The notes under the pieces were generated by a model. The model did no database searches. It had not been told where the DNA came from and saw only the letters and a list, made by a program, of their open reading frames with translations. From contig OZ025797.1 in NCBI GenBank assembly GCA_964019425.1, positions 620,001 through 684,000 on the forward strand: a stretch of DNA of 64,000 nucleotides. Direction: 5' to 3'. Source of the DNA: Flectonema sp. DT1601. Taxonomy: Eukaryota. A program made the position numbers and the translations under genes. Of this stretch, positions 10,326 through 23,185 are shown piece by piece; the first letter of the stretch is position 1, and each line of letters starts with the position of its first letter.

Positions 10326-13300
10326 TTACAACTCAGGACTTTGATCAACTGGAATGAGCGGCATGTCGTCAGCTCCCTGCTGGTCTACAGAATCAACGGG
10401 GTAGGGTATATCTTGTTGTGCAGCACCTTCGATGGGGAAGATCAGAGGAATACCAGGTGGTGACATCATGAATGGTGACCCTTGATGTGACTCACCGTTA
10501 ATAGCAAGTGGTGGTACCATGAGTGGTGTGTCTCCCGCTTCTTGTTGTCCTACACTTTCAATTGGGAAGATTAGAGGACCAGGCGATGGCACCTGTGAAA
10601 GTGGAGAATTTCCTGAAGGAACGCCAAGTGGCAATTGTGAAAGTGGTGTTTCATCCAGGATCATGTCTCCGTTATCGTCGGGTGGCGGAGCTCCACCAAC
10701 CTCATCATCGAAATCCATATCTAGTGGAGCGGGGTACGCAGTGATATCAGCTTCGATAATATCCAACACTTCATCAGATGGATTGATGAGTTGTCTGGCA
10801 CTCTTAATACAAGAATCAATATGTTCTCTCATTTCAAATAAAGATGATTCAAATTCTTCTTCAAGTGAACGTGAGAACTTTGCCCATTTGCTGGTTTCTG
10901 TCCGCCACTCTTTGTGATGAGAGAGGATTTCCTTCCACTGCCAACTAACTGAAGTGTGCATAAAGTTTGTTGGAACTAACACCAGAAAGTGTTCTATAAA
11001 ATGAAATCGATTTGGCTCAACTTCTTCAGCTATGAAATCGTGAACTGATTTCGGCTCTAAAAGTTCTTCAGCATTCTCATCAGGAACTAGTCGATCACAT
11101 AAATTACGAGAGAGCTGATGCATGACGAGGACGGCTTCGAATATCTGCTGCATGTCCATACCGTCAAGCATCTGAAGTAGAACTCTGTACTTCCTCCAAA
11201 AGATCCTCGGATTCCTATTAGCTGCGAGGACCATTCTTCCTTGCTGTGCAGATCTCCAGAATGTTAACATATACATAACTCTCTGACACCAGAATTTAAT
11301 ATCTGTCCACCACGACTGGTTCTGAAGTCCACTAAAGAATCCAATCTTTGGCCAGGCAGCAGTGGTAGGGTCGTGTGCTATTCTTCTTAAGAATGTGACT
11401 TCATCAAACTGTTCCATACTAACCTCATCAAAAGTAGTACTCATGACACCAATGAGAAGATTAAATAACACGGCAATCAATACGACGTAGAACAACAAGA
11501 AGAACAGAGTAGCGAACACTGGTCTTGCGGCGTACAGTCGCTGAAAGTCAAACTCACCCATTATCATAAAGAATAATCCTTGAAATGAGTGTTCGATGTC
11601 CTGTATTGTTGTTTGTTGTTTGTATCACTCCTAACAGTATAAAAGAAGACACACAAAAGATAACGATTAACATACCCTGTAGGAGTTTACCAGACTTCCG
11701 AATACCACCCAGGCAGAGAAAATAAAACCAAACAACACAATAAGACAAATTATTAATAAGTTGAAGATAAGAGATCCGGCACGACGAAGGGTTCTGATAA
11801 TTAAATTCATATCTTTATCAGTTTGAAGAAAATAAAATGTTTTTAAAGACAAGAAGACCACAGTAATACCGTCAGTGCTTGCGGCTATCCAGGTGAGGTC
11901 AGAAATGGTTTCATACTCCTTCGGATAGACATCTGAGCAGAGGATGTGAGATGCTGAAATACCATAACTCAGATACGAGCCTTTAAACCCCCAAGTGATA
12001 ACAACTAATAAATTTATTATCAATTCTAAAACCAGCCAAATATCTGAAAACAGAGTTCTAATCACAGCTGCAATTAAACTAATACCTTTCGCCCTCGGAG
12101 GACATCCCCAATGAAATAGAGGAAATAACTTTCCGTGATTGTAGGCTGCTTCGTATTTCAGCAACTGATGTTGAGTCAGCCACATTCTAATAAATCTCTT
12201 TATTGTAGCCCAGAGAAAGAAAATAAACAAAAGGGTCAAGATCATTAAACCGATTACCCAAAATGTATATTTTTCAGGGTTCTTTTGATATAAAGAGAAA
12301 GTGTGAATACGTTTACTTGGAAGGAATGCTCCAGAACTAGAAACCTCAACCATGTATTGCATTCTTGTAATCTGTCTGGTGTTTTGATTATGAACAAAGA
12401 ACTCAACCATCAGACCTCTAGTGGCAACGTCTACCCAATTCTGCTCTTTTAGAAATTCAAGTTCACTTAAAGCATTACTCTGAGTCATACTAATAGGGAA
12501 TAGCATTGAGTATCCACTACATGAATATTGCATTCTATTCATCATACTGGATACGATTCCAATGTATGGAGCGAGACCTTTACCCCCTGTCTCATCACAA
12601 GACTGGAAGACCCAAGGTCGAAGTTTTTTATAAAGCTTTTCAGCATCAACATTCCCAGCCTCTGCGCTGATTCTCAAGTTCTCTAATTCCGTTGTGAATG
12701 GAGCGCTAGAATGACTGAAATTGGCGCCGTCGAATCCGCCACCAAACTTCTTGGGACCAAATAGGTCGATCAACTCTTCGGCGGATCTTTCGGCTTTTGA
12801 TTTGAGGAAAGCCGCATCTTTTTCATAGGAATACTTATCATTCGAACTCCAAGATCCGTAACACTTTTCTAAATAATAATTAGAACGATCAGTTGTGTCT
12901 TTTGACACTCCTTGAGAGATCCAACGACTCCAAGTATTGGTATTTGAAGTTAACCATCCGCAAGTATCTTCAATAATTGAGGAGGCATCACTTTGAGTGA
13001 ACTTCATATTTTTAATTAAATTATAAACATCAGGAAACCTTGTGTTGAAATCTGACTTATACAAACTGTGGACCTCAACTTTCGAATACGCCGACGAGTC
13101 AGGCAAAGAAAGACGTGAAGCAGCGACACTTGACAACAGAACGTCCGTATCAAACGACCAAAATAAAAATGACTCACCAGCTCTACTCCTCTTCAGCAAC
13201 TGTTCAGAATACGTGACATGGGAAACTGCAGGTAAAACATCTTCAGGTACCCTTCCTTCATACATAGTACTGAGACCGTTGTCACTTATAACTTTTTGAA

Positions 13301-15871
13301 TATCATCCCACCCTCCGAAATCCAGGGAGTTATCTGGCGCATAGATTGCCACTTTTGGCGGTGTCGCACCGTCATTTGAGAAATATTGATGAAGCTCGAT
13401 ACTTTCATTTAAACCAGCAATCCCATCAACTACACAACGAGGACAAAGAGAAGCTCCACTCGCTGATATGTAGATACCCGGAGTAGGACTACCAACCTGA
13501 CTGCTGTCAGCAGATATCTCAGAATTTAAAACACCTGAGGTGGTAGAATTCCACAGAGAGAACACAACATCGAGATTCCCAGAAAGTAATTCAGCTTCCG
13601 CAACACTACTGGTGATGGGGATGATGGTAGCGGAGACCGACATCTTTTCCTCCAAAAGATATTTAAAAACAGAAGACGTCACACGAGAACCCGGAGTCAC
13701 AGTGACCCCAACCTTCAAACTCCTCGGGAAGGTATCAGGTGACTTCTCTATGCATGTGTCTAATTCCCTGCTGTTGTCAACTGAACCACCAGAAAATACG
13801 TCCCACGTCTCCCAACTGGTGCTCTGTCTTACGTCACCAGTCGCGTAGCAAGCCTGAGGCAAATTATTCTCAAGCATTTCCTTGTGTCCTTCACAATCCA
13901 CATCAGGAGCACGATACTGTGTTAGCTTAACAGCTCCAATTACCTTATTAGCGTAGTGATGAGTTGTATAGACTCCGGGTTTGTGATCGTCATCAAATGC
14001 GAAGGGAAGCATTGTTTGACCAAACCAATCCCAATATTCATCGAGGTTTCGAATATCACTGAATGTCCACGCGAAGAATTGATCTGCTGCATCACCAACT
14101 TCCTCCAAACCAACAGCTTCATCAATACTAAGACCTAAGTAGAAAGCACCGTTAATGTTTGTACCAACTTGCATAGATACTGCGTACATAAGAAGAAAGA
14201 TAATATAAAGGATAAAGTGACGCTGAAGTTTCATCTGTATCATTTTATTCTCCGTGTATTCGAGTAAGTATGATAATCCATCAGTTTGAACAGATTGTCC
14301 TTTAATGCAATGAATAAAGAATCTCCTCTTAGGTATTAAACCTCTGAAGAAGTGGTTCATATTTCCCCAAATCGGGCAATCATTTTCAGCGACACCAGAA
14401 GCTTCAGCGTAGGCGACTTGAAACTCTTTCTCTGTGACACGTCTTTCAGCTAAACTTATAATATCATCATACAAGTCTTTAACAGTGTGTTGTACGTTAG
14501 CTTTGCTACGACGACCATACTTACCTCTCGCAGTGTATTGTTTAGAACCAACTTCTTCATAACTAGCGTCATCAGGTTGATATCCATCTAAGAAATATTG
14601 AAGTCTGTCAACGAACTCATCGTACACTTCTTCACTTACAATTGATTCACAGATCTCCTTTACGTCAGTTGCCATTTCCAAGGCTTCATATTTTATTTCA
14701 TCGTTAGTGTAGTTATTACTACGCAGTAGCTTACCACACTCAAAGAGATGATCTTTTAGGATTGCGAAGGTTGTCTTATCACATCCGTAGTTGATGTGTT
14801 CGTTATTAGCGGCACCAGTTGATGTAAAAAACACGAGTCTGCTCGCTTCAGATTTTGCAGCATTCTCATCGTCCTTGTTAGTGACGTCACTGATAGCAAC
14901 TTTTTGATTTAGTCGCCAGACCTTCCCACCGATTTGTTGTTTTGCAAGTATTTGGGTATCGCTGGATGCGAGAATGTGGATGAGACTTGAGAGTTGTTCA
15001 TCAGAAATACGACAATTCAAAGTTCTGTCTTGACGGGTTGTTAGTTCTTCTTCCATCGTAACTTTTAAAAGTTTTAAAAGTTTCTTACGTTCTACTAACT
15101 GCCAAGGGTCTTCTTTCAAAGGTGTGAAGATCTCCACAATCTTCCCCTCCACTAACGGTAGTAGAAAGTCTTTCAACTCTTCGGGTTCTAAAGTTTCACT
15201 GCCGTCAATGTTTAAAAGGTGGAAGATGTCGTCTCTGTACTCGCTGGTGATTTCTTTATAAATCTTTTTAATTTTTGGATGGTAAGTTGTCTGACAAGGA
15301 TCTAATGGCTCGTTGTCCATCCACGGAGCGCAGAACGTTGGCATGGATTCACCACCGCTGGCTGCGTCACATCTGTTTGGTTGTTTAGTTTTAGAGATGA
15401 ATAACTTTGAGATAATTATTTTCAAACAACAGATTACAAAACACACCTCGATTGGAACTCAGCTCCCACAATAGACCAAAGTTTTCGCCAGTCGTAAAGG
15501 TTCAGACCGAAGGCACCAGCCCCAACAATTCGACTCTCGCGGTCAAGAGTCCTCAGTTTTGTTACAAAAACCGATTGATTGATTTTAATGAATGCCAACG
15601 CTTTTCGTAATGTGTGATGTCTGAGAGGATTTTCTATTGTGTATCTTAGTGTTAGCTTGTGTAGCTTTCGAAGTCTTTTTTTTTCATCAATTGGTTCAAG
15701 AATCACAGAGTCTAAAGGTATTTCACGAGTCTGATCCTCGTGATCATCAGGGAGGGTTGTTTCCTCAACATCTGCGAACCATTTAAAAGCACCGCAGGCA
15801 TCCCTCTCATCCTTTTCGATGATCGTTTCCGAATCAGATGTGTAGCTCGAGTCTGAGTCACTGTCTGACAT
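10326..15871 (-). CDS. Polycystin-2/TRPP-like cation channel, copy B (exons 15871-15447, 15372-11676 and 11600-10326; about 1798 aa), same architecture plus a long Pro/acidic C-terminal tail
   Basis: Three ORF-track segments join in frame through two GT-AG introns. Same motifs as copy A. Confidence 0.85.
11601..11675 (-). other. Spliceosomal intron (75 nt), homologous to 4814-4900
   Basis: GTATGT...ACAATACAG, with a shorter CAA tract than in copy A. Confidence 0.9.
15373..15446 (-). other. Spliceosomal intron (74 nt), present only in copy B
   Basis: TCGAG|GTGTGT...AACCAAACAG|ATGT; phase 2, giving EFQSRCDAASGG. Confidence 0.85.
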
Positions 15872-16256
15872 TTTATTTTCCCCCTTTTTCTGTTTTATAA
15901 TTTAAGAAAACATTAATTCATAAAACTAATATAACCAAATGCAAGCAGCCAACCCGCCGTACAATTCGTCCAATAGAAACAAATAATTTTATTCACAAGA
16001 GGAATGGATGGGAAAGTGATGGTTGAGGAGGAACTCCACGAGAGAAGTATTCTATCCTCGGCATCATTCTAATATTAAATAAGCGGTATACGAACAAAAC
16101 AAAAGTAACAACTGGTTTCCAACTTCGTAAAAGGAAATAGCCCGCAAGAGAACCAACGAGATGAATTTCCAAACTAAAGAACCACAACTACACAAAAAGA
16201 AAAGTTGATCAACAACTAATAAGGTAATCCTTAGCTACGATCAGGTAGGATAAATA

Positions 16257-18216
16257 TTAAGCAGAGTGAGGCTTTACAATATCTCCAAATATCAAAGACG
16301 GAGGCGGGCGGGTGAGTCGCGACGATGAGCCAGCAGTTTGTTGTGCAACCGCAGCAGCTCTCGGCGTCGATTTCGGAGTCGCAGCTGATGAAAAGACATT
16401 CGGCAGTGAGTTGGCCTTAACAGAACAAACACAGAGACTGTACATCTCATGTAACCACACACAGAGTGAATGTGAGCAACCTGAAGCTTTCATAACGTTA
16501 TCGGGAGAACACTTTTGATCGGAAGAATACTTTTTTAATATTCCAATAAAGTCTTCTGGATGATCAGACACATCATCAGGTGCTTCTTTTAATCTAATTA
16601 ACATCTCAGATGTTCCTAAGTGATGTGTTGCCATTCCCCAATTCACGTTTGGGTAACGAAGGACTCGAAGTACCGTAAGAACAGTCTGTTTGGTTGTGTT
16701 ATTACATGTTACAGATGTTTATTACAACAGAAATCAACATCTAAACAAAAGAATCCTAACATACTTTTCTAACAGCAGACGGTGGATAGATTAATGATTT
16801 AATCTGACGAAGGGTTTTCATTTTTATTGGAACCGAGAGAGTGACGTTGTCGTTGATTTGATTATCTCCTCTCTGTGGTGTTGTAAATGAGGACATCGAA
16901 GTAATTAAGGAACTACTCGATATTGGTAGTGACTTCCGAAGTATTTCTGAAATCTCAGTCTGCATTTGCCGACTTTTTTGAAATAACGCTGCCGTCTGAT
17001 ATGCAGGTCTGTCACCAACTGTATCAGCATCACCATCACTTCCCTTTCGCATAGCTTTAACAGGAGATTTTTGTGATCCAGATCCATTCTCGGGTTCGGC
17101 ATTTTTTCCAGCGGGTATCAGTAGTGGCCGCAGCTTCTTAATTTGACAAGCACTTTTTTTTAACCGAGACTGAACCTGTAATAAATACTGTTGTTGCGGA
17201 CCGATGACACATCCTGGGCGCATAAGTCGCATCCACGTTATGGCAGACTCTGCAGTAAAATGATGATATTTAATAAGATAACATCCTATCAATGTTCCAG
17301 TCCTACCAAGACCAGCTTTACAATGTATTGCTATCCCACCAGGTGTTGACTCAATGAATTCAAAGAATCTCATTATAATATTGTCACTCGGGTTACTGCC
17401 GTCGGTGTATATCAAATCGATGTGTCTGAAACCAGCCTCCGTAAAAACTTGACGAGAGTACGTCTTCCTACAGAGTCGTATTATTCCAGTTATGCCGCGG
17501 TCTCGAAATACTTTGCAATACTCTTCAGGGCCCCAACTCTTGAAGCCATAAGCTGCTTCATTAGAAATAGCATTTGGTGTACACAACGCAATAAATCTTT
17601 TATGAGGTTCCTCTCCCTTCGCTGATGAGTTGCTAGTCGGAGGGACAATCCAATTCCAATCTCCGTTTTGAGGCTGTTCGTAGAAATCATATTCTGAGCA
17701 ATCAAACTTCCTCCAATTAATCCATCCGAGGTCTCTACCACGTGATAATCCTTGAAGACAATTTAATATGGTACAGTTAAATGTTGAAATCCCAACACTA
17801 ACATCACGAAATGGAAGGAATGGAGGGTAACTTGAACAGATTAAATTCCACGCGCGTTCCGGAGAGTATCCCAAAGATAGTACACAAAATGCTGTTATGA
17901 GAAATCCTGCATTGGCGCGTTTATGTCCATCGTGCGATGAGTAAAAATAAAGTTTTTTATTCTCTAATTCTGGTGCGTTTAGATTTCTGTGACACGATCG
18001 ACAAAACTTAACCAACGCGGACATGTTGAGAGGTCCAAAGTCTGCTTCAAAAGGTTCGTAGACCAGATCAATGTCGGCAGTCCAAAAATAATAATTCTGA
18101 TCACTCTCCGGGTGTCCTCTCAAACTAATGAAATACAACTTGTCCGTTAGAATGGTACTTGCCCGTCCTAAGACGGATGCACCCAAAGGCCCTTCACCCT
18201 GTTGCTCTAATTCCAT
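16257..18216 (-). CDS. CDC14: Cdc14 dual-specificity phosphatase (exons 18216-16765 and 16685-16257; about 626 aa) with a C-terminal dynein MTBD-like domain
   Basis: N-terminal domain LVYEPFEADFGPLN, PFRD and NGDWNWIVP; catalytic IAIHCKAGLGRTGTLIG; RPGCVIGPQQ. Confidence 0.92.
16686..16764 (-). other. Spliceosomal intron (79 nt)
   Basis: AAA|GTATGT...AACCAAACAG|ACT; phase-0 join gives PPSAVRK|TVLTVLRVL. Confidence 0.88.
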
Positions 18217-18908
18217 GGTGAAGACGCCTACCTAACTGAATAAATAAAAACATTACAAAACTTAGAATAAAGCAAAAAACTATCTCGACAAGTTAATCAG
18301 ACAGTAGTCCACTGTGGCTGAGTAACCTCGTTGTTGGGATTTAATAAATTAGAGTAACGTAACTATAAAATGATCAAACATAAGTGTAAATGAGGAAAAG
18401 GGACAGTTTTTTTTTTTGTTTTTTTTTTTCCCTTCTGACCAGTGTATTTTGGGGTCCCCATACATCGCCCAAGGTCATGGGGATTTATAAGGCAAGGCCA
18501 TGCAGAGCTCCTGAGCCCTGAGCCCTACATCACTAATCTTAAACTTGCTAGCTCAAGTTGGGGGATATGATGTGCTCTGAAGAGCTTAACACGATTTGCA
18601 GGCTACAAGTTGGCTTTTTCTGACAGAGGCAAATCAAAGGATCAGCCAGAATGCTGATAAGAAATCCACACACCTGACTGACACAACCGAGAGAGTGCTG
18701 AACTCCCACATTACGCAGCCCATTGTACCACTCCTCACCCATCGTAACTCGAGCAGTACTAGATTTTCTTTTTTTGAAAATCTTAGGCCGAAATCCCAGA
18801 AATACACTGCGACTAATATTTACACATACACAGTCTCAGAACTTGAAGTACTTTTGATGAAGACGTTTATTAATATAACACATGTCCTAATCTTGTATTC
18901 AAACGTGA

Positions 18909-21719
18909 CTATGTCATAGAAGATTTACTTCCGCGTGAAGGTAAGGGTTGCAATGATGATCTTGGTCTGGAACTTACTGATGTTAGTGACGGACGCCTAC
19001 TCACAGATCCAATAGTAGAGCGAGGTCGTGAAATAGGTGTAAGTCGACGTTGCGGAGATGCAGACTTTTCTACGGTTTCTGTGTTTTCCGTTAATTCCGG
19101 CTCTTCATCTACCTCGTGTTCATCTTTTTGTTCATCTTTTGAATCAGAATTCCTGCGCTGCTGCCATTTTTGCTTCAGAACCCGTTGTCTGTTTTCTATT
19201 CCTGATACGTTTGAAATTGATATAGATTTCTTCTTTCGCACAATCGGGAGAGTTTTCTTTCTCGGAGGAGGAGCACTTCCCTTAACAGAATCTCTCACGG
19301 TTGAAAACAATTGAATTAAGTATCCAGATATACTATCACTCAAGGCTGAACTATTCATCGGAAGTTTTTCCTCATCTGTAAGAATAGCTTTTGTGTATGA
19401 CTGAACATTAGACTGCACGCTGCCTCTGATTGTGTTGGTGTCAGAGGCTTTCTTTATGATATTTGTAAGAGCCTGATCGGCTGTCTCTTCTGCATTACCA
19501 AGCTGGCCCGAAATTGACGCACAAAAACACTTTACCAAAGTATGAATCTTATGCAAAGGTGCAACTCTGTAATTGTTTGTTGACTCTTGCGTCCCGTGGA
19601 TTTGACTTTTTAGATTTTTCACGTAGGCTCTGAATTGCGATAGCTTTGGTACTCCTGGTACGTCAGCGAGGGATAGTAAACTCTCATCTGGGCAATCCGT
19701 ATTCGGATGACGCGACGACTTTGTGGCTGTATTGCGAAATGAGCTGTACACGGCAGATCTTACTTTCTTTGTTAGTCCGAGATTAGGTAGCTGATCTACA
19801 GGTTCAGCTTTAAAGGTGTCGTGGTAAAACATATTCTGACGTTCAGATGATTCGATATAAGACCTTAACCTGTACTGTGATGAGTACATCTTTGAAACTT
19901 GAGCAATTAGTCTTCCCTGCAAAGCCTCGTACATTCCTCGCTCTTCATCTGTTAGTGTATTGTGACGAATTCCTCGAGTAAGAGCTGCTGTTGCAGCCTT
20001 CCAATTATCAGCATTGGTGGTTGATGAAGATGTGTCCGAGACAGACTGTGCTGGGGATGCGTCTCCGATTTTCTGATTTTGTCTTATTATCTTTCGCACG
20101 TTTTCGAACCTCCCCTCCGGATTAAGCATCATTCCCTGTCTCCCCTTTAATAACCGATGGGTTATTCTCCAGACGTCTCCCTGTTTCATGGGTTTCAATG
20201 GTTGCATCACAACTTCTAACTCTAACTCGCTGTCATAGCGGAGATCGATGTCCGCCCATCCCTCTGGTGTTTGGCGTTTCTCGCGATACACCTGTGTGGC
20301 TCTCGTTGATAAATATATATCCCCCCCCGAAGTTGCTGACAGAATCCTAATACAACGTTGCAGCACAGTCCCGCTACACAAGTCTGCTGTGAGGGTACCC
20401 TTGTGAATTGCACAGCGAGCACGTAGTCCATTCCAGATTAGCTGTTGGTGGTACTCCTCATCTTCTATTTCCCCGTCATGTAGTTCCACAGCAATGTCTG
20501 AGGTTGGTTTACAAGCAGCATACAACAATATCTGCTGAGGCCATGCTATTTTTAACATTGATGTTTGCAGTCTGGTACAAAACCAAACAGCTTGCTCTAT
20601 TTCCGAAAACGCCAAAACATAAGATTCTCCAGCGCACTCAGTGTCAACATCACGATGCAGCATTTCTCCTTCCAGACCTTTGCTCAGTTCGACTGTTAAT
20701 GTTTCGGCTGCCAGCAAAGCTTCTCCATAGTGTTCTGGGCAAACTCGTCTCAAGAAGTTTCCATCCTGAATCTGTTTGTGGTAATATTGCCTCAAATCAT
20801 GTTGAAAATAAGAATCCCCGTTCAATACTATTGGAGTTTCAAATATAACTCGTTCTAGAACGCAGAGAAGATATTTTTCTGAAGTATCACTTACGGTACA
20901 AAGGTGATGTTTCATTTATGAAACAACTCTTCAATGAAACTCTACATGATATTTACAAGTTAAGAAACAACACACCTGCATCATTACTATGAATTTAGTT
21001 TTCGCATTCGGGGAGTTGTGAAAGCTGACATTGTTTGAATGAACGACCTCATCATTATCGAAAGCATTACCAACATGTGATTGCCAGTTATTAATATTAC
21101 TGTTTAACCGTTGTTCAAGGACTGCTATCCTTCCACGAAGTTTAGTCATTTCAGCATCCTGATCTTCAATTTTCCATCTAATTGTATCTATGCGTTCATT
21201 GCAAGTACTGGTCACCGATAAGCAGCTCTTCAAACCTCTCAATATGCTACGGAACGAAGAATGGAGAGCCATTGCTCGGATATCTACAGGCATGGAAGTA
21301 ATCATCGAATGGACGTCATTGTAGAAGTCGGTAAATAATATTTTCAGAATATCAATCGCCTTTTCCAATACTTCCGAACTATTGTCCGAGAAGGCGATTG
21401 CATCCAAGTCCTCGAGACACTCAGACAAGACAGGAACTGCTGATATTACTTTTCCCAGAGTTCCAACCCTCTCAGAGGTGGTACCTTTCAGGTATGGACC
21501 TAACCTTCCCAGCTCCGCTATCGGACCACCTGCACTAGTAGTCAGTAAGACTTCTTCTGCTTTAGCTCTAGCATAATCCAATTCATCATTTTCTAGTGCC
21601 TCGTCATAATAATTGAGCGTGTGATTTACTCGTTCTAGTCCTCTTTTTACTTGATCCTGGTGATCCAATGCGTCAGGCGTGACACTTCCCTGTCGGTTCA
21701 CTCCCTGCGGCGTTTCCAT
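18909..21719 (-). CDS. Class III nucleotide cyclase-like protein, probably catalytically degenerate (exons 21719-20976 and 20771-18909; about 868 aa)
   Basis: The spliced product has KFIVMMQ|IQDG...AGESYVLAF...AVWFCTRLQ...WPQQIL...WNGLRARCAIHKG...SGGDI, matching the TIVFTDI / GDxFMxAF / WxGLRVRxGIHxG / GGQI pattern of fungal and trypanosome adenylyl cyclases. An N-terminal coiled coil and a basic disordered tail flank it. Confidence 0.75.
20772..20975 (-). other. Spliceosomal intron (204 nt)
   Basis: CAG|GTGTGT...CCACAAACAG|ATT. The other nearby AG acceptors I checked were out of phase; this one restores the cyclase beta-1 motif. Confidence 0.75.
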
Positions 21720-22142
21720 CCTGCAAATACCTCAACAGATTATTGTAAACTTTGAATAAATTGAATAACCCAAATGGTACAACAAGAATAACTAACGAGG
21801 TATCATTTTGAGACCGTAAATGAGGAAATCAAACCTCATGTTGAAAACCAACTTTGGGACTTCATTATTTACGCTGTTCCTGTGAAACAAAATGAATCGA
21901 AGAGGAACAACAAATTATCTAAAGCACCACTTTCAAACATTACATGAGAGGTAACCCAAACCATGCCATGACCTTAAGTTTCCACATTCTTATGCAACCC
22001 TGAAGATATACCAATGGGGACTGAGACCACACAAATCTCACCTGGAACTTAATTCTTTAAACATGTGCTAACACACACTCTTCCTTAAATTCACAATTAA
22101 CAACGCGTCGACCGTCATGGTCATTTGGGATGAGGCGATCGG

Positions 22143-22290
22143 CAGGGTGGAGGTGTTCACGATTTTTCACTTTGCTACACGAAAATTCACGATTTTTCAC
22201 GATTTTTCACTTAATTTTTTGCTGCTTTCTGGTAGTGAAATCCCGTGAAAATGTGTGAAAATGTGTGAATTCTAATGAAAAAAGTGAGTG
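22143..22290 (+). mobile_element. Probable DNA transposon terminus (hAT-like) with subterminal repeats
   Basis: Starts CAGGGTGG; carries repeated TTCACGATTTTTCAC and oppositely oriented GTGAAAA motifs. No partner end identified. Confidence 0.4.
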
Positions 22291-23185
22291 ATATCCAGAT
22301 GGTACCGTTGGTGCTGGTGTGCTGTGTGATGTCAAACCTGTTCAGTTTGCCATACATGTCACTTTGACACTAAATGGGCATCGCTTGTGCCCAGTGACCC
22401 ATCACCCTTCCTGACCATCGCTTGTGGAGGTTCCGGACTTTGGACCAGCACATCGCGTGTGGTGGGTTTAATCACTGAGGGGCTCATTCTCGTTCAGACT
22501 GTTCTGTTCTATGATGTCTTTCCATTTTGGACAATTCTATATTGTGCACACATGAACTCCATGATGTTGCCCATTTCCTCGTTACTGAGAGACATCAGGT
22601 AAGCGTATGCCCGCCTGCGACGATGAGAGTACTTGATGAGGCGCTTGTTGCGCTGCAAGAATGTGAGAACCCACCTGAGGAATGGAATACCTCGAAGCGG
22701 GCATGATAACACATAGCATGCAAATGCTAAGGTTCCGAAGCGCCCATTCGTAACCTTCTCTTTAAATGGGCACGCCCTAAAAGAGATGCGGTGCTTCTTG
22801 CGAAGCCAGTAAGCAAACGACCGATTCCCACGTATGAAGAAGCACAGCGTTACTATTGAACGGAGGAAGTCACTGAGGCCAAAGTACTTCGCAATCCAGG
22901 AGGCAATGCAATGAACTCGGTGTGTAGGCTCCGGGATGAGGCAGATATTGCCATCTTGGTCAAATAATTTAAACCCCCTGTATTCTGATCCACCCCGATC
23001 ACTGAGCGCAGAGGTAATCGAGAATGTGATTGAGCTACTCAACAATCAGAAGCAATCGCGATGTTTTCGCAACATCGACATCGTCTCTCAGACTCGAGTC
23101 ATATATTTGGACCTGTACTTTGCTAAGTGTATTAGTGAGCTTTAGAACAGTGAACGATACATGACATGAAGACTGGCAATGATAC

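Larger units (their letters stand above)
9775..16066. repeat. Segmental duplication, copy B
   Basis: Near-identical to 3475-9121 with local indels and divergent patches. Confidence 0.95.

Noticed and set aside
6267..14138. Short plus-strand and alternate-frame ORFs overlapping the channel genes
   Set aside because: Antisense or off-frame shadows of long coding exons, duplicated only with the segment.
20772..20915. N-terminal 48 aa of the 668-aa ORF-track protein
   Set aside because: Falls inside the inferred 204-nt intron; the cyclase motif is restored only by splicing.
22509..23045. 178-aa minus-strand ORF as a host gene
   Set aside because: No recognisable motif and embedded among transposon fragments; left unassigned.
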